Assembly: GCA_049322915.1 (NCBI GenBank)
Contig: JBMOPW010000014.1
Span: 1,028,224-1,092,223 of the forward strand
DNA: 64,000 nucleotides
Direction of reading: 5' to 3'
DNA from: Candidatus Zhuqueibacterota bacterium
GTDB taxonomy: Bacteria > Zhuqueibacterota > Zhuqueibacteria > Thermofontimicrobiales > Thermofontimicrobiaceae
Position 1 is the first letter of the stretch; the number at the start of each line of letters is the position of its first letter. Positions 49,005 to 57,689 of this stretch are shown in pieces. Both the position numbers and the translations under genes were made by a program. The notes under the pieces are model-generated. The model was not told where the DNA came from. It was given only the letters and a program-made list of their open reading frames with translations, and made no database searches.

Positions 49005-49814
49005 TTAATTCTCCGGTTCGGGTGCATCGCGCTCCGGCCGCTGCGGGAATTGCCCTTTCAAGGCGGAGTTGATGATGTTGATTACCTCCTCGGAAAATAC
49101 CTGCTGGGCCATCCACGACAGGTAGTCCCGATCCGTCTTCACCACATTCCGCAGCAGTTGACCTTTGAACTTGCCAAAAGTGAATGCTGCCTCGCCATTC
49201 TGCCAGATGAATTTTTTATCCGCATCGACGTACCTGTCATCGCGGCGATTGCTCAGTTTATGCAGGTCATCCAGGGTGCGCGGCAGGGTGGCGTACTTCG
49301 TCAGTTGCTGGCTGAAAATTTCCAGCGTGGCCTGCGCATCTTTCAACGCACTGTGCGCGCCGACCAATTCTTTGTTGCAGTAAAAGCGGTAGGCGGCTGC
49401 CAAATCCCTGCGCTCCATGCTTTTGTAAATTGAAAGGACATCCACGATGCGCACATTTTCGGTGCTGAAATTTACCCCGGCCCGTTTCAATTCATTGACC
49501 AGCAGAGGCAGATCGAATTTCAGAAGATTGTAGCCGGCCAGATCGCTGTCTTCAATGATCAAATGAATGTCTTTGGCAATTTCGTTGAATCGCGGTTTAT
49601 CCATGACGTCGAAATTGTTGATGCCGTGAATGTTGGTGGCATCCACAGGAATGGGAATGCCCGGGTTCACCCTTGTCAGAAATGTCTCGGACGTACTGTC
49701 CGGATATACTTTTAAAAGGGCGATCTCCACGATGCGCGCTGTGCTGACATCCAGTCCTGTGGTTTCAAGGTCGAAAAAAACGATAGGTCTGTCGAATTGT
49801 AAATTTAAATTCAT
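49005..49814 (-). CDS. DEDDh 3'-5' exonuclease (DnaQ / Pol III epsilon-like)
   Basis: FFDLETTG, IHGI, AGYN..KFD and HSALKD motifs; C-terminal FGKFKG...YLSW domain. Confidence 0.92.
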   Translation of the reverse strand: MNLNLQFDRPIVFFDLETTGLDVSTARIVEIALLKVYPDSTSETFLTRVNPGIPIPVDATNIHGINNFDVMDKPRFNEIAKDIHLIIEDSDLAGYNLLKFDLPLLVNELKRAGVNFSTENVRIVDVLSIYKSMERRDLAAAYRFYCNKELVGAHSALKDAQATLEIFSQQLTKYATLPRTLDDLHKLSNRRDDRYVDADKKFIWQNGEAAFTFGKFKGQLLRNVVKTDRDYLSWMAQQVFSEEVINIINSALKGQFPQRPERDAPEPEN

Positions 49815-50751
49815 ACGGATTCCCTGTATTTGTCTTTGTTCGCGACTGAGGTATTCTTCCGATGGCCAGCCCGCCGGATAAACGCCCGCCCGTTCATGCG
49901 ACGAAGCGCGACCTTCGCCCGGGGGAGATGCCCCGGCGAAGCATTCCTTCCTTCGTCATCACCTGAGACGATAAATTTTCCGCGCCGCAAATCACATTTC
50001 ATACCATTTTAACTTTTATGTGGCATCGATAGGTGGCTGTTCCGTATCATCGCTGAATAACTGCCACTAAGACACGAAGCCGCTCAGAGAGTAAAATACA
50101 AACAACGTGTCCCGAATAATTCCTCTTGTTGTATTTAATTTCAGTCACGAATTACAAACTGCCCGAGGTTTGCTTGGTGTCTTAGCGCCTTTGAGGCAAC
50201 GAAGATTTCCAGATGTAAAATTCATCGGAATGCCCTCAAAGGTTAGCATGATATAATAAATAATTTGTAACAATGACGAGCCGACGGGTCAGAAAATACG
50301 CTCTGAAGTTACTAAAAAAAAAGCTGTGAGTCAAACAAATTCTTCGCCATTTTGGTCGGGCGATTCCCCTGCATTCGGCGCAGCCTGGTTCACGGTCGTC
50401 ACCGTGCCTCTATGTTTCAGGCGCCCTCCTCGCGCTGCTATTTCATTCCGGCGCGCATCGAACTGAGTATCATTTTCAACACAGCCAGGCTCTCCGGCCA
50501 TTCCGACCAGTCAGCGAAAATCTCAGTCCCGGTCATCTTATGGAGAGATCCCCCTGTGAATTGCACCGTATTTCTCTGGCATTTTACGGCCATCAGCCGA
50601 CTTGGCAAACAGCCCATCTCAAAATGAATCAATTGTCAGTCAAGTATTATGAGATTAATCCGATAATATTTACACGAATGGAGTGTTATGTCGAATGTTT
50701 AACCCGGGGAATAATTTGGAAGATAAACTACCTCGCGTTCAAAACTCACCG

Positions 50752-50952
50752 ATGGACAGAAGGACCTTCCTGTTGAAGTGGGGGAAGGTGTTCGGTGTGA
50801 GCATGATGATGGCCATGACGCCATTGAAGAATCTGTTGAATCTCGAAGAAATCCTGTTCTGGATGAAATTCCGGTTGACTCAGGGTGTGGATACGCTCGT
50901 CTTCTCTATCCTGGAAAAGCTGGGCCGTCACCGGGACAGGTATTTTGATTAG
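50752..50952 (+). CDS. Small protein with a twin-arginine-like N-terminus (66 aa), uncertain
   Basis: MDRRTFLLKWGKVFGVSMMMAMTP...; lies just upstream of, and co-directional with, the 51002 operon; no clear RBS. Confidence 0.45.
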   Translation: MDRRTFLLKWGKVFGVSMMMAMTPLKNLLNLEEILFWMKFRLTQGVDTLVFSILEKLGRHRDRYFD

Positions 50953-51001
50953 AAATAGCAAGTCAATTTCATGATGTCATTTAACTCAGTGGTGCGAAAC
51001 T

Positions 51002-53341
51002 ATGTATTTGAACTATTGGCGATTGAAGAGGAAACCGTTCGAGAATTCGTTTGAACCGGATTTCTTTTTCCTATCAGAGAATACTGCCGATGCGCTGAAT
51101 CGGCTCACCTATTGTATCTCCGAACAAAAGCAATTGGCGTCTTTGACCGGGGATTACGGCACCGGCAAGACATATCTGCTTCAGAATTTGTTCAATAAGT
51201 ACAGCAAAGATAATGTCTATATCCTGTCGCTGAGCGCTGTCAGGCATGTTCCGGGTCGAACGCAGCAGCAGTTCATTCTCGATTACGAGAATGGTGATTT
51301 TGCCGGCAATACGCGACTGGAGTCTGTGCAGGAGATCATGGACTTTCTTTTGGAGAAAGCCCGTTCCGGCCAGCGGAGCATTCTCATCATCGACGAAATG
51401 CAACTCATCGAAGACGACAATGTGTTCGAGGATATTCGGATGCTGCTCAATACGAATTTCGAATATCATTCCGTGGTCACCGTGATCCTGGCCGGACACA
51501 CCAGCTTGCAACAGACCCTGGTTCGGCTGCCGCAACTGCAACAACGGCTGACAGTGAATTGTTATCTGCGGCCGTACACTGATGTCGAGACAGCATCATT
51601 CATCAAATATCGGCTGCGACAGGCCGGGAGCAAAGAGAATATGTTCACCGGGGACGCCATGCAGAAAATTCACCAGATCAGCAATGGCCTGCCGCGGAAA
51701 ATCAACAATGTCTGTGACCTGGCGCTGGTACTCGCATTTATGAGAAAGCACAAACCCATCGACGCCGACATCATCGATGCGATCAACAATGAAAATGATA
51801 TTCTGTTCAAACAGCCGGAATTGCAGGCCGAACAACTGCCCCGGCAAAAGGATGAAAATGCGGAAATAGCCCTCGACGACGAACGGGAGTCGGAGCCAAA
51901 GACGACAAAACTCGCTTTTGACACCCTGGTTGAAAATGCCAGAGCGCGGCAGTCCGAACTGCCTCCGCTGGAAAGTTGGCCGGGAGACGACAGTTCGGAT
52001 GCGGAGAAGTATGTGCCGTTCCGGTTTTCGCCCATGAAACAACTGCACGATGAAAAATCCAGTCCGCTCCCGGATGCCAGTCCGCTGGAAAAGCTGATCC
52101 AGCCGAATTCTGTAACTCCTAAAATGGATGGCTTGAAGAACGCTCAAAATTTCCAGGCGCCGGATCCGTTGAATAAAACCGCCAGCCCCACATCGGAGCG
52201 CAGCGATGCGTTCAATCAGCAGTTGAGCGATTATCTCGCACCGCAAAACAGCGCCCGCGACCTGTCTTTCTCCGACTCCCGGGAACAGCATACCCTGCCC
52301 GGCGGCGCTGAGGAATTTTTAGGCGAAGCAGACCCCCTGATGGCGCAGGATGAGGAAGATGATCTTGTCGATCTGGATGATATTTTCCAGGAGGAGATGG
52401 AGCAAAACCGCAAAGCGGATTCCGGGGTGATTCCTCTCGGCGATGATCTTAACTGGACGTTGACGTCATTCATCTTTCCAACGGTGACGGAATTTTTCCA
52501 GGAGTTGAAAGCCGGGCAGCCGCTCAATCTGGATCGTCTCAACATGGTGGTGGAGACGATCATCAACATCACGCGGGAAGGGGACGAGCTCATCACCCGA
52601 TTGTTCGATACGACGGGCAATCACAGTATGGAAGAGCACAGCATCAATGTGGCAGGCCTGTCGGCTGCGGTGGCTCTGGCGCTGAATATGAGCGATCAGG
52701 AGGTGGAAGAAGTGGTGCTATCGGCGCTGCTGCATGACATCGGCATAATGAAAATAGATCCGGAAATTGTCTTTAAAAAAGGGACGCTGCAGAAACATGA
52801 ACTGGAAATCATCAAGGAGCATCCGTACATGGGCGCCGAGATGCTGCACAAAATCCGCAGCGACCGATATGCCTCATTTCTGCCAACCCTGCGGACAGTC
52901 ATTCTGCAGGAGCATGAGCGAGAAGGCGGCATTGGCTATCCGCTGGGACTGCACGGAGATGAGATTCACAAGTATGCCAAAATCATCGGGCTGTGCGATG
53001 TGTTCGAAGCATCCTGTTTTCGGCGAAAAGAGAGAAAAAGCACCCTGGTGCACAATACCCTGAAGAAAATTATTGACCTGGATGTCAAGTATTTCTCCAC
53101 CCGGATCAAAAAAGGATTGGTGAAAAAGTTGACGCTCTATCCGCTGCATTCTTATGTGCAGCTTAACTCCGGCGAGATCGGGTGCGTGGTGAAGGTGAAT
53201 CAGAGTCACCCGCTGCGGCCAATTTTGGAAATGGTAGCGGATTCCGACCGGAACCGGCTCCCTGCGCCGGAGACGCGGGATCTGTTGAAGACGCCGTTCC
53301 TGTTCATCGAGAATGTAGTGGATAAAGAGGATGTTTTTTAA
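51002..53341 (+). CDS. ExeA/GspA-type AAA ATPase fused to an HD-GYP domain
   Basis: N-terminus MYLNYWRLKRKPF, GDYGTGKT, LIIDEMQ, LQQRL, SNGLPRKINNVCD; acidic linker; C-terminus HSINVA, LLHDIG, EHP, EHEREGGIGYPLGL, CDVFEA. Confidence 0.88.
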   Translation: MYLNYWRLKRKPFENSFEPDFFFLSENTADALNRLTYCISEQKQLASLTGDYGTGKTYLLQNLFNKYSKDNVYILSLSAVRHVPGRTQQQFILDYENGDFAGNTRLESVQEIMDFLLEKARSGQRSILIIDEMQLIEDDNVFEDIRMLLNTNFEYHSVVTVILAGHTSLQQTLVRLPQLQQRLTVNCYLRPYTDVETASFIKYRLRQAGSKENMFTGDAMQKIHQISNGLPRKINNVCDLALVLAFMRKHKPIDADIIDAINNENDILFKQPELQAEQLPRQKDENAEIALDDERESEPKTTKLAFDTLVENARARQSELPPLESWPGDDSSDAEKYVPFRFSPMKQLHDEKSSPLPDASPLEKLIQPNSVTPKMDGLKNAQNFQAPDPLNKTASPTSERSDAFNQQLSDYLAPQNSARDLSFSDSREQHTLPGGAEEFLGEADPLMAQDEEDDLVDLDDIFQEEMEQNRKADSGVIPLGDDLNWTLTSFIFPTVTEFFQELKAGQPLNLDRLNMVVETIINITREGDELITRLFDTTGNHSMEEHSINVAGLSAAVALALNMSDQEVEEVVLSALLHDIGIMKIDPEIVFKKGTLQKHELEIIKEHPYMGAEMLHKIRSDRYASFLPTLRTVILQEHEREGGIGYPLGLHGDEIHKYAKIIGLCDVFEASCFRRKERKSTLVHNTLKKIIDLDVKYFSTRIKKGLVKKLTLYPLHSYVQLNSGEIGCVVKVNQSHPLRPILEMVADSDRNRLPAPETRDLLKTPFLFIENVVDKEDVF

Positions 53342-53426
53342 CCGGACGGCCTGTGAGAATCGGAGAAGACGGACGGGGCGAGTGCGGATGGAGCCGAAGC
53401 TCTTCCTGAGTTGATCATCGCTCCAG

Positions 53427-54614
53427 ATGAAAAATATGATTGTGAATTGTATGAGTAAAGGACGACAAATATCCGGGGAATTCAGCTTTTTAAGGGATGT
53501 CATCCGATCCTATTTGGGCATGACCGGGGGACTGCCGCAGCGCTGCTATCCGTGGAACCGGATCACGCGCCGCGCAGCGACTGAAGGGTTGGCTGGTTTG
53601 TGCTACGAAGTCCTTCTCGAAGAGAAGTTCATCGTCCCGGCGTGGGTGGACCAGTTCTTTCGGTTTATCTACTTCGAGAATGTAGCGCGATACATGCGCT
53701 GCGAGAAGGCGCTCAGCGCACTGCTCCTCGGCGTGGATCAGCCGGTGATTGTTTTAAAAGGTATGGCGCTCGTGCCGCGGTTCTATCACGCCACAGGCCT
53801 GCGGGGTTTTTCAGATCTGGATGTGCTCGTTCGCGCGAATGATGGAGCGAAGTTCGTCGACGCGGTGAAACGGCTCGGTTACCGCATCGCGGAGAGTGAG
53901 CATCAATTGCAAGACGCGGACGGCGTGCAGCTCGATATTCACACCGATTTGTTCGGCTTCGGGCGAATCCAATCCCGCAAGTTTGCCGTGCGCATGAATG
54001 AGGATTTGCCGTGGACAAAGACGAGACAGCTATCGATACAGCAGTCCCGCGCCCTTTGCCTTGAGCCGGAATTGGAAATATTGTATCTGTGCTATCACAT
54101 GGTCAAACATTCATTCCTGAAACTGATCTGGGCCGTGGATATTGCGAAGATCCTGCTGACGTATAAAAACCAATTCCGCTGGGACTATTTTATCGATTTG
54201 GCGCAGGACAGCAATCTCAATGTTTTCAGCTACTATGGCTTGCATTTCACCAATGAAATCGCGTCAGGCCTTGTCCCCCGGGACCGGCTGGAACAACTCA
54301 TGACGTTCCAGTCCAATGCCCTGCAATCGAGCATGTACCGGGCAGTCGTGCAGGGCGACAAAGTTCAGCAATTCGCCGAGCTGTTTTTCATTTCATCCAT
54401 TCAGTCCGGCGCGAAAAAACTGGCATTCATCAGAGAAGTAGTCGCTCCGGCAGCGCCGGTGAGAAAGCAGATTGTCCGAAACAATGCCGCGTCGCAGCTT
54501 AAAATCGGTTTCTATCCGATACGGTTTTTTCAGATGGCTCGAATCGGATTGAGTTGGGCAATGGCCCTGGTGAGGAATTTTTCATTCCGATGGAATTTCA
54601 AATTTAGCGAGTGA
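53427..54614 (+). CDS. Nucleotidyltransferase-family protein (NTP_transf_5-like)
   Basis: LKGMAL...LRGFSDLDVLV...LDIH...YH..KH...WAVD pattern. Confidence 0.85.
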   Translation: MKNMIVNCMSKGRQISGEFSFLRDVIRSYLGMTGGLPQRCYPWNRITRRAATEGLAGLCYEVLLEEKFIVPAWVDQFFRFIYFENVARYMRCEKALSALLLGVDQPVIVLKGMALVPRFYHATGLRGFSDLDVLVRANDGAKFVDAVKRLGYRIAESEHQLQDADGVQLDIHTDLFGFGRIQSRKFAVRMNEDLPWTKTRQLSIQQSRALCLEPELEILYLCYHMVKHSFLKLIWAVDIAKILLTYKNQFRWDYFIDLAQDSNLNVFSYYGLHFTNEIASGLVPRDRLEQLMTFQSNALQSSMYRAVVQGDKVQQFAELFFISSIQSGAKKLAFIREVVAPAAPVRKQIVRNNAASQLKIGFYPIRFFQMARIGLSWAMALVRNFSFRWNFKFSE

Positions 54615-54620
54615 TCATCC

Positions 54621-55700
54621 ATGTTTATCCGAGGTGTGGACCAATGCGTCAGTTCGGGAATCATATCGCTCAGGATTCACGGCGTGTCCGCACGCGTTTT
54701 TGTGGGCGATGAAGGGTTGTTCCGGGAACTCAGCATTGAATTGCTCCATTTTATCGTGAATCCGCCGGATGATGACCGGCCGGAAATTACGGTGCATTTT
54801 CAGGAATATTGCAGCGTCGCGTTTTCGAAAGCAGAGATAAAAAGAATCCGTTCACTGAAGAAAATACGGCTCACCGCTGAGATCGAAAACTATTCGGATG
54901 TGGCCCAGTTGACGACGTACCTGTTCGCGCGAAAAGGATGGAACCCGGACGAGGCGGTGATTCTGGTGCTGTCGCAGTTAGCTTACCTGCTCCGGCTGAC
55001 GCTGAGCCAGAAATACGATGTGGCTGTGTTTCATGGCGCGTCGCTTTCCTACGGTGGTCAGGGGATCCTTTTTGTGGGACAGTCCGGCGCAGGGAAGACG
55101 TCGCTGTCGTATCTGTGCGCGAGACAGGGATTCCAATACCTCTCTGATGAGGATAGCTTTGTCCTGTTCGACACAGCCCGGCGCGTTTGCACATTATTAG
55201 GATTCCAGCGTCGGCTGCGCCTTCACAGCCTCATGCCGTACCGCGCCGGTTCAGGGCATAGCAGCAGGGGGCAGTTCTCCGGCTTCGGGGAGCAGGGTAT
55301 GGTGTACGATCCCCGGCAGGATTGCGCCAATGCTTATTGCCTGCGCGCGCCGTTGAAGAAAATCATCATCCTGAATAATCACCGGCAGAATGCCCGGCTG
55401 ACGTTTCAAAAAATACCGGCTGAGCAGCGGTTCTTCCAACTGCTGAAATATTTTGAGAGCGCAACAGTGGAATACAGCAATGGCCGCGATCTCATAACCC
55501 GCTACAATCGTCGCGGCTTTGACCTGGTCTCGCTGATTGCGCGCAGCTATGACATTTACTTTTTGAATTATGACTTCAGGAAACATTCGTTCGAGCTGCC
55601 ATTCAAAGTCAAAGCGGCGCTCTCGTCCAGCGAGATAGGCGAAGAAAATAATTACGTGCAGGCAATCCCGAGATTTGTCGACACAGGAATTCTGGTTTAA
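54621..55700 (+). CDS. HPr kinase-related P-loop kinase
   Basis: FHGASL, GILFVGQSGAGKTSL and YLSDED (His, Walker A and acidic pair of the HprK fold). Confidence 0.82.
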   Translation: MFIRGVDQCVSSGIISLRIHGVSARVFVGDEGLFRELSIELLHFIVNPPDDDRPEITVHFQEYCSVAFSKAEIKRIRSLKKIRLTAEIENYSDVAQLTTYLFARKGWNPDEAVILVLSQLAYLLRLTLSQKYDVAVFHGASLSYGGQGILFVGQSGAGKTSLSYLCARQGFQYLSDEDSFVLFDTARRVCTLLGFQRRLRLHSLMPYRAGSGHSSRGQFSGFGEQGMVYDPRQDCANAYCLRAPLKKIIILNNHRQNARLTFQKIPAEQRFFQLLKYFESATVEYSNGRDLITRYNRRGFDLVSLIARSYDIYFLNYDFRKHSFELPFKVKAALSSSEIGEENNYVQAIPRFVDTGILV

Positions 55701-55711
55701 AGAGGGTAAGA

Positions 55712-55999
55712 TTGAGCAACCGAGAGAAACGATACCGCATCCCGGCGAATGTGTTATGGCGGGAAGAGAAAGACCGGATTGTCCTGTTCAACGAGGAATC
55801 CGGCGAACCCTACCTCCTCAATGAAATCGGCACCTCTATCTGGAAACTGTGTGTGCAGGAGAAAACGCAGGCGGAGATCATCTCGGTCATGCTGGAAAAT
55901 TACGAGGGGAACTATGAGCAGATTTCCCGGGAGACGCAGCAATTTCTGTCCAATTTGTGCAAGGCGGGATTTCTCAACGAGGTGAAACATGCTGCTTAG
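55712..55999 (+). CDS. PqqD-family protein (stand-alone RiPP recognition element)
   Basis: 95 aa; VLWR...IVLFN...YLLNEIGTSIWKL...II..MLENY...FLSNL..AGFL. Confidence 0.92.
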   Translation: MSNREKRYRIPANVLWREEKDRIVLFNEESGEPYLLNEIGTSIWKLCVQEKTQAEIISVMLENYEGNYEQISRETQQFLSNLCKAGFLNEVKHAA

Positions 56000-57029
56000 C
56001 GCTCCCACAGAGGTGTTCTGGTGCGTCACCCACCGGTGCAATCTCCGCTGCCGATTCTGCCTGTCCCGCTCGACGCGAGTCCGGCAGACGAATGAACTGA
56101 ATGCAACGCAGCGCGAGTTTGTACTGTCTCAACTGCTCGATGAGAAGGTGCTGAAGGTGTATCTGACCGGCGGCGAGCCGATGCTATGCCCGGAGATTCT
56201 GTCCTACATTGCGCGGCTCAGGCAGGCAGGCGTTTTCGTCGAGTTGACGACCAACGCCACGCTGTTGAACGAGGAGCGAATCCGTCGGCTGCGGGATCTG
56301 GACGCCAATCGCATTCAGGTGAGTCTGAACGGCGCGCAGGAGCGAACCAACGATACATTGATGGGTCGCAGCCATCGCCGCATCTGGGAAAACCTGGCGC
56401 TCCTGAAGAAACACGGACTGAAGACCCATGTGAAAGTGACAGTCGTGCGCCAGAACCTCCGCGAAATCGAGCAGCTCCTCCGTCAGTTGGTTCGCAGCGG
56501 CATCGACCAGATCGATATTTCAGAAGTTCATCCGCTGGGACGGGCGTTTGATAACTGGGAATCGCTGAGAGTTGATCTGGAAGACTTGCTGCGCCTGCGG
56601 GAGAACATCACCGCATTTCAGGAACGGACAGGCAAATCGGTTTCGTTTCACTGCGCCACGCTGCAGGTGCACGAAGAGGGTGTGCCGGCGCAATGCACAG
56701 CCGGCCGGCCCGACGCCTCGGCCTGCCAGATTCTGCCGGATGGCAATGTGATTCCCTGCGCGTTCGCGAGCGTGTGGGACGTGACGAATAACATCATGGA
56801 TCGGGGACTTGGGAACTGCTGGCAGGCGATGACCCGGTATCAATATTTCCAGAATCCACATTTGCTGGAAGGGCGATGCGCCACCTGCCTTCGGAAAATG
56901 GAATGCGCCGGAGGGTGTCGCGCTCTGGCCTACTTGTTCACCGGAAAAATTTGGGGAGAGTATCCGTTTTGCCCAATGAATCAGGAGAAGGTCTATCATG
57001 AGCAGCAAAAAGAAGTGGCAGTCGCCTGA
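55989..57029 (+). CDS. Radical SAM / SPASM peptide maturase (PqqE/MftC-like)
   Basis: CNLRCRFC, TGGEP and TTN motifs; SPASM CTAG...ILPDGNVIPC...CATC-x5-CAGGCRA...PFC; overlaps both neighbouring genes. Confidence 0.93.
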   Translation: MLLSAPTEVFWCVTHRCNLRCRFCLSRSTRVRQTNELNATQREFVLSQLLDEKVLKVYLTGGEPMLCPEILSYIARLRQAGVFVELTTNATLLNEERIRRLRDLDANRIQVSLNGAQERTNDTLMGRSHRRIWENLALLKKHGLKTHVKVTVVRQNLREIEQLLRQLVRSGIDQIDISEVHPLGRAFDNWESLRVDLEDLLRLRENITAFQERTGKSVSFHCATLQVHEEGVPAQCTAGRPDASACQILPDGNVIPCAFASVWDVTNNIMDRGLGNCWQAMTRYQYFQNPHLLEGRCATCLRKMECAGGCRALAYLFTGKIWGEYPFCPMNQEKVYHEQQKEVAVA

Positions 57030-57243
57030 GTACAAAACATTGTCCAGCCTGAATCAGCAGGAAAGCGCTGCTGAGCCCTGCTTTCCACGGCTAATTCAGT
57101 CAATGCCCACATGCAATACCATACAATTATTCCGGGTGCCGAGGATCTGCAATATCAGTTGGCCGCAGCAGCGGGTGTGTGTTGCAAGAAATGTTCCCCA
57201 GCGGACCATTCAGTGCTCGCACAAAGTGCGGACGCTGAGTTGA
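56998..57243 (+). CDS. Putative RiPP precursor peptide (81 aa)
   Basis: AGGAG RBS; leader KKKWQSPEYKTL; Cys at residues 28, 39, 51, 61 and 73; ends ...KVRTLS followed by TGATGA; overlaps the rSAM 3' end. Confidence 0.8.
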   Translation: MSSKKKWQSPEYKTLSSLNQQESAAEPCFPRLIQSMPTCNTIQLFRVPRICNISWPQQRVCVARNVPQRTIQCSHKVRTLS

Positions 57244-57314
57244 TGATTTGCTTCGAATGAATCCGAATAGTTATTGATAGAAAGAATGAGTGTTAAATTT
57301 AAGCGGAGTGTCAC

Positions 57315-57689
57315 ATGGCTCAAAATAAAATATTGGTCGTCGATGACGAACCAAAAATTCAACTGTTGCTGACGAATTATTTCTCGAATCGGGGGAATGA
57401 TGTTCGCGCTGTTCCTTCCGGCGAAGATGCCCTGGAAATGATGGAATTCTGGAATCCGGACCTGATCTTTTTGGACATCCAGCTACCTCATCTCAATGGC
57501 ATGGACGTGTTGAAACGGATCAAAATGATGAACGATGGAATACCGGTCGTGATGATCTCCGGGTACGCCACCGAGAAGATGGCAATCAAAAGCCTGGAAT
57601 TGGGCGCCATGGATTACATCAACAAGCCCATCAATTTCAAACGGCTGGAAGAAATTGTCACGTACGTTTCCTCAGTCAAAGAGTCGTAG
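57315..57689 (+). CDS. Single-domain response regulator (receiver only)
   Basis: VVDDE, LDIQLP, ISG and YINKP motifs; 124 aa. Confidence 0.92.
   Translation: MAQNKILVVDDEPKIQLLLTNYFSNRGNDVRAVPSGEDALEMMEFWNPDLIFLDIQLPHLNGMDVLKRIKMMNDGIPVVMISGYATEKMAIKSLELGAMDYINKPINFKRLEEIVTYVSSVKES

Noticed and set aside
49820..50700. Riboswitch or small genes between the exonuclease and the 51 kb operon
   Set aside because: No consensus recognised. Only a degenerate repeat near 50053-50200, related to the 47659 insert, and unsupported short ORFs.
53427..57243. Calling the cassette a lasso peptide, PQQ or mycofactocin cluster
   Set aside because: There is no asparagine-synthetase-like cyclase, B2 protease, PqqB/C or Mft enzyme. 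The precursor lacks an Asp/Glu ring acceptor, the PqqA ExxxY motif and the MftA C-terminus.
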